Assembly: GCA_951406725.2 (NCBI GenBank)
Contig: OX597824.1
Location: 14,508,001-14,572,000 of the forward strand
Length of the DNA stretch: 64,000 nt
Direction: 5' to 3'
Origin: Octopus vulgaris
Taxonomy: Eukaryota
The notes under the pieces were generated by a model. It was not told the DNA's origin and made no database searches. It saw only the letters and a program-made list of their open reading frames with translations. Every line of letters starts with the position of its first letter. The stretch's first letter is position 1. Shown here piece after piece: positions 59,908 to 64,000 of the stretch. The translations under genes and the position numbers were made by a program.

Positions 59908-61599
59908 CTGAAAAACAAATTAGAAAGATTTTTTTATTAGAGTTAAGAAACTAAATGGGGGAAACTATTGCATAATGGAATGATTAATTGCATATTTATT
60001 CTGAACACTTAAAAGCACCCAGTCCACACTGTAAAGGGGTTGGTGTTCAGAAGGGCATCCAGCTGTAAAAAACCTTGCCAAAATTTACCTCACCTGTGCT
60101 TGTACCATGTGAAAAGCATTACTCGCCTCACCTGTGCTTGTCATCATCATCATCGTTTAACGTTTGTTTTCCATGCTAGCATGGGTTGGACGATTCGACC
60201 GGGGTCTGCCTGGGAAGCCAGGAGGCTGCACCAGGCTCGTCTGATCTGGCAGCATTTCTACAGCTGGATGTCCTTCCTAACACCAACCACTCCGTGAGTG
60301 TAGTGGGTGCTTTTTACATGCCACCGGCACAGGTGCCAGGGGAGGCTGGCAATGGTCACGATCGGTTGGTGCTTTTTACGTGCCAATGGCACAGGTGCCA
60401 GGGGAGGCTGGCAACGGCCACGATTGGTTGGTGCCTTTTACATGCCACTGGCACAGAACGAAGTCCACTCTGCTGAGTGGTTGGTGTTAAGAAGGGCATC
60501 CAAACTGCCAAAACAGTCACAGAAGTCTGGTGGAGGCTTCGGCCTGGCCAGCTTTTGTGGTAGCATCCCACATGGATGTTAAATGATGATGATGATGACA
60601 TCTAGGCAGGTTCAGAAGCAAAATATGCTAATCAGTATAACGCATGTCATAGGAGAATGACTTCTTCCTTTTATGACAGTCCGTTCAATACACTCAGCTT
60701 ATTGGCACAGCATTCTGGGACACTGGTCTTTTGACATAGAGCCATTTCATCAGCCAGAAGCAGTTGAAACCCTAGGCCTAGACAAAGCTGCTGGCTTTGT
60801 TTATACTTTCAGATCTGCAGGCTGATAAAAAAATTGTTCTTTGAACACTGTACAGTGAGATCTGCAAAGATTAATCCCATATTTATTCATGACTAGCAGT
60901 ATCGCCCGGCGTTGCTCGGGTTTGTAAGGGAAATAACTATATAAGCATTTTTAGAGATGTAAAGTATAATAGCCATCTCAATATGGCTAACCACAAAGGG
61001 GGGGTTACTGTAGCTTTTTACGTTCTGAGATTTAATAATAAATTTTTAGAGAGTTACTTCCCTTATATATGCCAAAAATGCATTAAAAATGGGAAAAATT
61101 GATGGTAAATTTTTTTTTAAATCGTAGACTCATGCTAATACCCAGAAGGGCTCGATATGAATCACAACTATAAGATACCCGGTTTTGGTTAAACTGCACC
61201 GCAAAATGTGGGAGCAGTTAGGAATCTAAATCGTAGGAGACAGACAGCACACAACCTCTCTTTTATATATAAAGATATATCTAAGCAGGTTCAGAAGCAA
61301 AATATTCTGGTCATTGTAGTGTACATCATAGGAGGAGAATAACTTCTCCCTTTTACGACAATAGTGCCTTTTGTTGTATAAGGGTCCCTTCAATTGGGAG
61401 TTGAGATATTATTGTTTCAGTTCAGGACAGTTAGGTAAAAAAAAAAAATGGTGTGGATGAGAAGTTTGCTTTCCAACCATGTGGCCTTGGATTCAGTCCT
61501 ACTGTGGTGAACCTTGGGCAAGTCTTCTACTACAGTCCCAGACTGACCAAAGCCTTGAGAGTGGATTTGGTAGACAGAAACTGAAAGAAACCAATCATA

Positions 61600-61636
<37 letters not shown>

Positions 61637-64000
61637 CATTTATGTACCACCACCACTTGACAACTGGTGTTGGTGTGTTTACATCCCTGTAACTTAGCCA
61701 TTCAGCAAAAGACCCTGGTAGAATAAGTACCAGGCTTTACAAAAAAAAAAAAATGCCTACGGTTGATTCATTTCACAAAAAAATCCTTGATGGGGATGCC
61801 CCAGCATGGCTACAGTCTAATAACTGAAACTAGTAACAGATAAAATATATAAAATATTTTAAGAGGTGAAATGATGAAGAACTGGGCTCGAGATCCGTCA
61901 GTAACACTGCAGCTCCACTGTTTTAGGGGAAGTATTTGAGACAAGATGAACGAAAGAGCAGAGGTTTGTGAAAATAAATATTAAAAAATTATAAGAGTAT
62001 TGATGAAAACATAACAAGGGACTCACTTTAGCAGCTGATCAGTTTCCCCATAATCATCAAGGTAGGGAGCTGTTTGAAAACAGCCTTTGTTCTGGCCAGC
62101 TAGCAAAAATATCTGACAATCACGTATTCTACAAAGAAAGACCAAAAAAAAAAAAAAAAAAAATCAGCAAACAATTTCATAAAAACAATTATTTAATGTT
62201 TATTAAACATTACCTATTTCTTTTACTACCCACAAGGGGCCAAACACAGAAGGAACAAACGGATTAAGTCGATTAGATCAACCCCAGTACGTAACTGGTA
62301 CTTATTTAATCGACCCTGAAAGGATGAAAGGCAAAGTCGACCTCGGCAGAATTTGAACTCAGAACGTAGTGGCAGACGAAATACTGCTAAACATTTCACC
62401 CGGCGTGCTAACGTTTCTGCCAGTTCGCCGCCTTATTAAACATTACCATTATCAGTTTAATGTCACTTTTCTACATTGCTAAAACGGCCAGGACAACTTT
62501 GTTAACCCTTTTGTTACGGTATTTATTTCAAGATGCTCTGTGTTTCTTTCAATTACTTTAAATATAACAAAGAATTTAGTAAAATAACTTAGTTATCATT
62601 CAGCTAGTGCTAGGAACATAAATTGTGACCAAGGTTTGGTGGAAGATTTTAATTCAAAACTTATGAAAACAAGGCATTTGTACTCAGAGCCAAAGCCGAT
62701 TTCAGGGATAAACAGCATGTTTGTTCCCATGAGTTCTGCATTATTGTACCTGCACTGTTTAAATTTCAGAAATTTGACTTCATCACCAACAACTCTACTG
62801 CCAGAATGGCCTAATTCTTCAAGGAGCATTGTCCAGTGTCGCTAATGTTGTCCATAATAGTGTAGTCATCATCCTAACTGCATCAAATATGAGCTCACAA
62901 AGGAGCCTCTGCACAGTCTATCTACTGAAAGCTAACACCCAACTTACTCTTCAATTACATTTTACAGTCTTAGAAAAAAAAATTTTAAAAAAAAGGACAT
63001 TTGAAAATTTTAGTCCTAGATACACTGTGTGAACAAAAGACAGAATGGCTAGAATGTCTTTGATTATAAGTTTGCAAGAACAGGTCTGACCTGAGATTAA
63101 GCAATAATACCCAAATGTTTTCAGGTTCCCCATTACAATTCAATATTGCGTATTTAGCAGACCAAACTGAATTCAGTCCACTACAGAGAAATAAACACGT
63201 CCCATAATCATACAGTTATTAGTTTATAATCAGACTGATACAGGGTTTATATACTGGTCTCAAATTTTGACACAAGGCCAGCAAGCTCAGGGGAAGGAGT
63301 AAGTCAATTACATCGACCCCAGTATGCAACTGGTACTTATTTTATCAACTGTGGAAGGATGAAAGACAAAGTCAATCTTGGTGGAATTTGAGAAGCCCAG
63401 TGTGCTAATGATTCTGTCAGCGGTGAACTGGCAGAATCGTTAGCACGCCAGGCAAAATGCTTAGCGGTATTTTGTCTGCCGTTACATTCTGAGTTCAAAT
63501 TCCACCAAGGTCGACTTTGCCTTTCATCCTTTTGAGGTCGATAAATTAAGTACCAGTTACGCACTGGGGTCGATGTAATCGACTTAATCCCTTTGTCTGT
63601 CCTTGTTTGTCCTCTCTGTGTTTAGCCCCTTGTGGGTAGTAAAGAAATAGGTATTTCGTCTGCTGTTATGTTCTGAGTTCAAATTCTGCCGAGGTCAACT
63701 TTGCCTTTCATCCTTTCGGGGTCGATAAATTAAGTACCAGTTACGCACTGGGGTCGATGTAATCGACTTAATCCGTGTGTCTGTCCTTGTTTGTCCCCTC
63801 TATGCTTAGCCCCTTGTGGGTGGCAAAGAAATAGGATTCTGTCAGCTCACAGCCTTATAGGGCTTATCTATTAAATTCACCTGCTTATCAACCATACAAT
63901 GGGACAGATTAGTATAAAATATAAATTCAATGACATTTGTGTATGCACATACAAGCCATATTTACCTGAGGAATATCCCAATACCAGCACCGCAAACATG
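59766..64000 (-). CDS. UBR2: E3 ubiquitin ligase UBR1/UBR2 family (N-recognin), last three exons, 5'-partial
   Basis: Exons 63966-64000, 62027-62128 and 59766-59907 splice to [72 protein letters not shown]...EWWNL*, the PYLDxYGExD..RGNPL C-terminal signature. Invertebrates usually carry one UBR1/2 co-orthologue. Confidence 0.92.
60893..61275 (-). mobile_element. Non-autonomous Helitron, family B
   Basis: Copy of 18133-18439 with an internal extra segment. Confidence 0.75.
62027..62128 (-). CDS. UBR2: UBR1/2 penultimate exon ([33 protein letters not shown])
   Basis: tttgtag / gtgagt on the minus strand, phase 2/2. Confidence 0.92.
63966..64000 (-). CDS. UBR2: UBR1/2 exon, partial ([11 protein letters not shown])
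   Basis: gtaaa donor on the minus strand, ends in phase 2. Confidence 0.85.

Overview
AT-rich, repeat-dense eukaryotic DNA, most likely an octopus (coleoid cephalopod) genome, inferred from the SINE families and microsatellite load. Nearly all ORFs in the supplied track are repeat artefacts. Manual splicing gives two convergent genes. (1) A + strand CEP128-like centrosomal coiled-coil gene: 30 GT-AG exons from 1130 to the stop at 55057, phase-consistent, about 1040 aa, start codon upstream of the window. (2) The last three exons of a - strand UBR1/UBR2-type N-recognin E3 ligase (64000 to 59766). Introns hold tRNA-derived SINEs, non-autonomous Helitrons, TTAA/piggyBac-type MITEs, Tc1/mariner and hAT remnants, CR1 and RTE LINE fragments, and solo-LTR-like inserts. 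The most notable hidden signal is a set of short Penelope-like insertions carrying type I hammerhead ribozyme folds: a head-to-head pair with canonical cores at 16795-16927, and core variants at 7377-7424, 12142-12193 and 55360-55397, the last on the sense strand just 3' of the CEP128 stop. Other signals are a MITE whose TTAA target overlaps the stop codon, three locally templated insertions, and recurrent head-to-tail SINE multimers. No CRISPR, rRNA or prokaryotic-type system is present, and I cannot claim a wholly new system from sequence alone.
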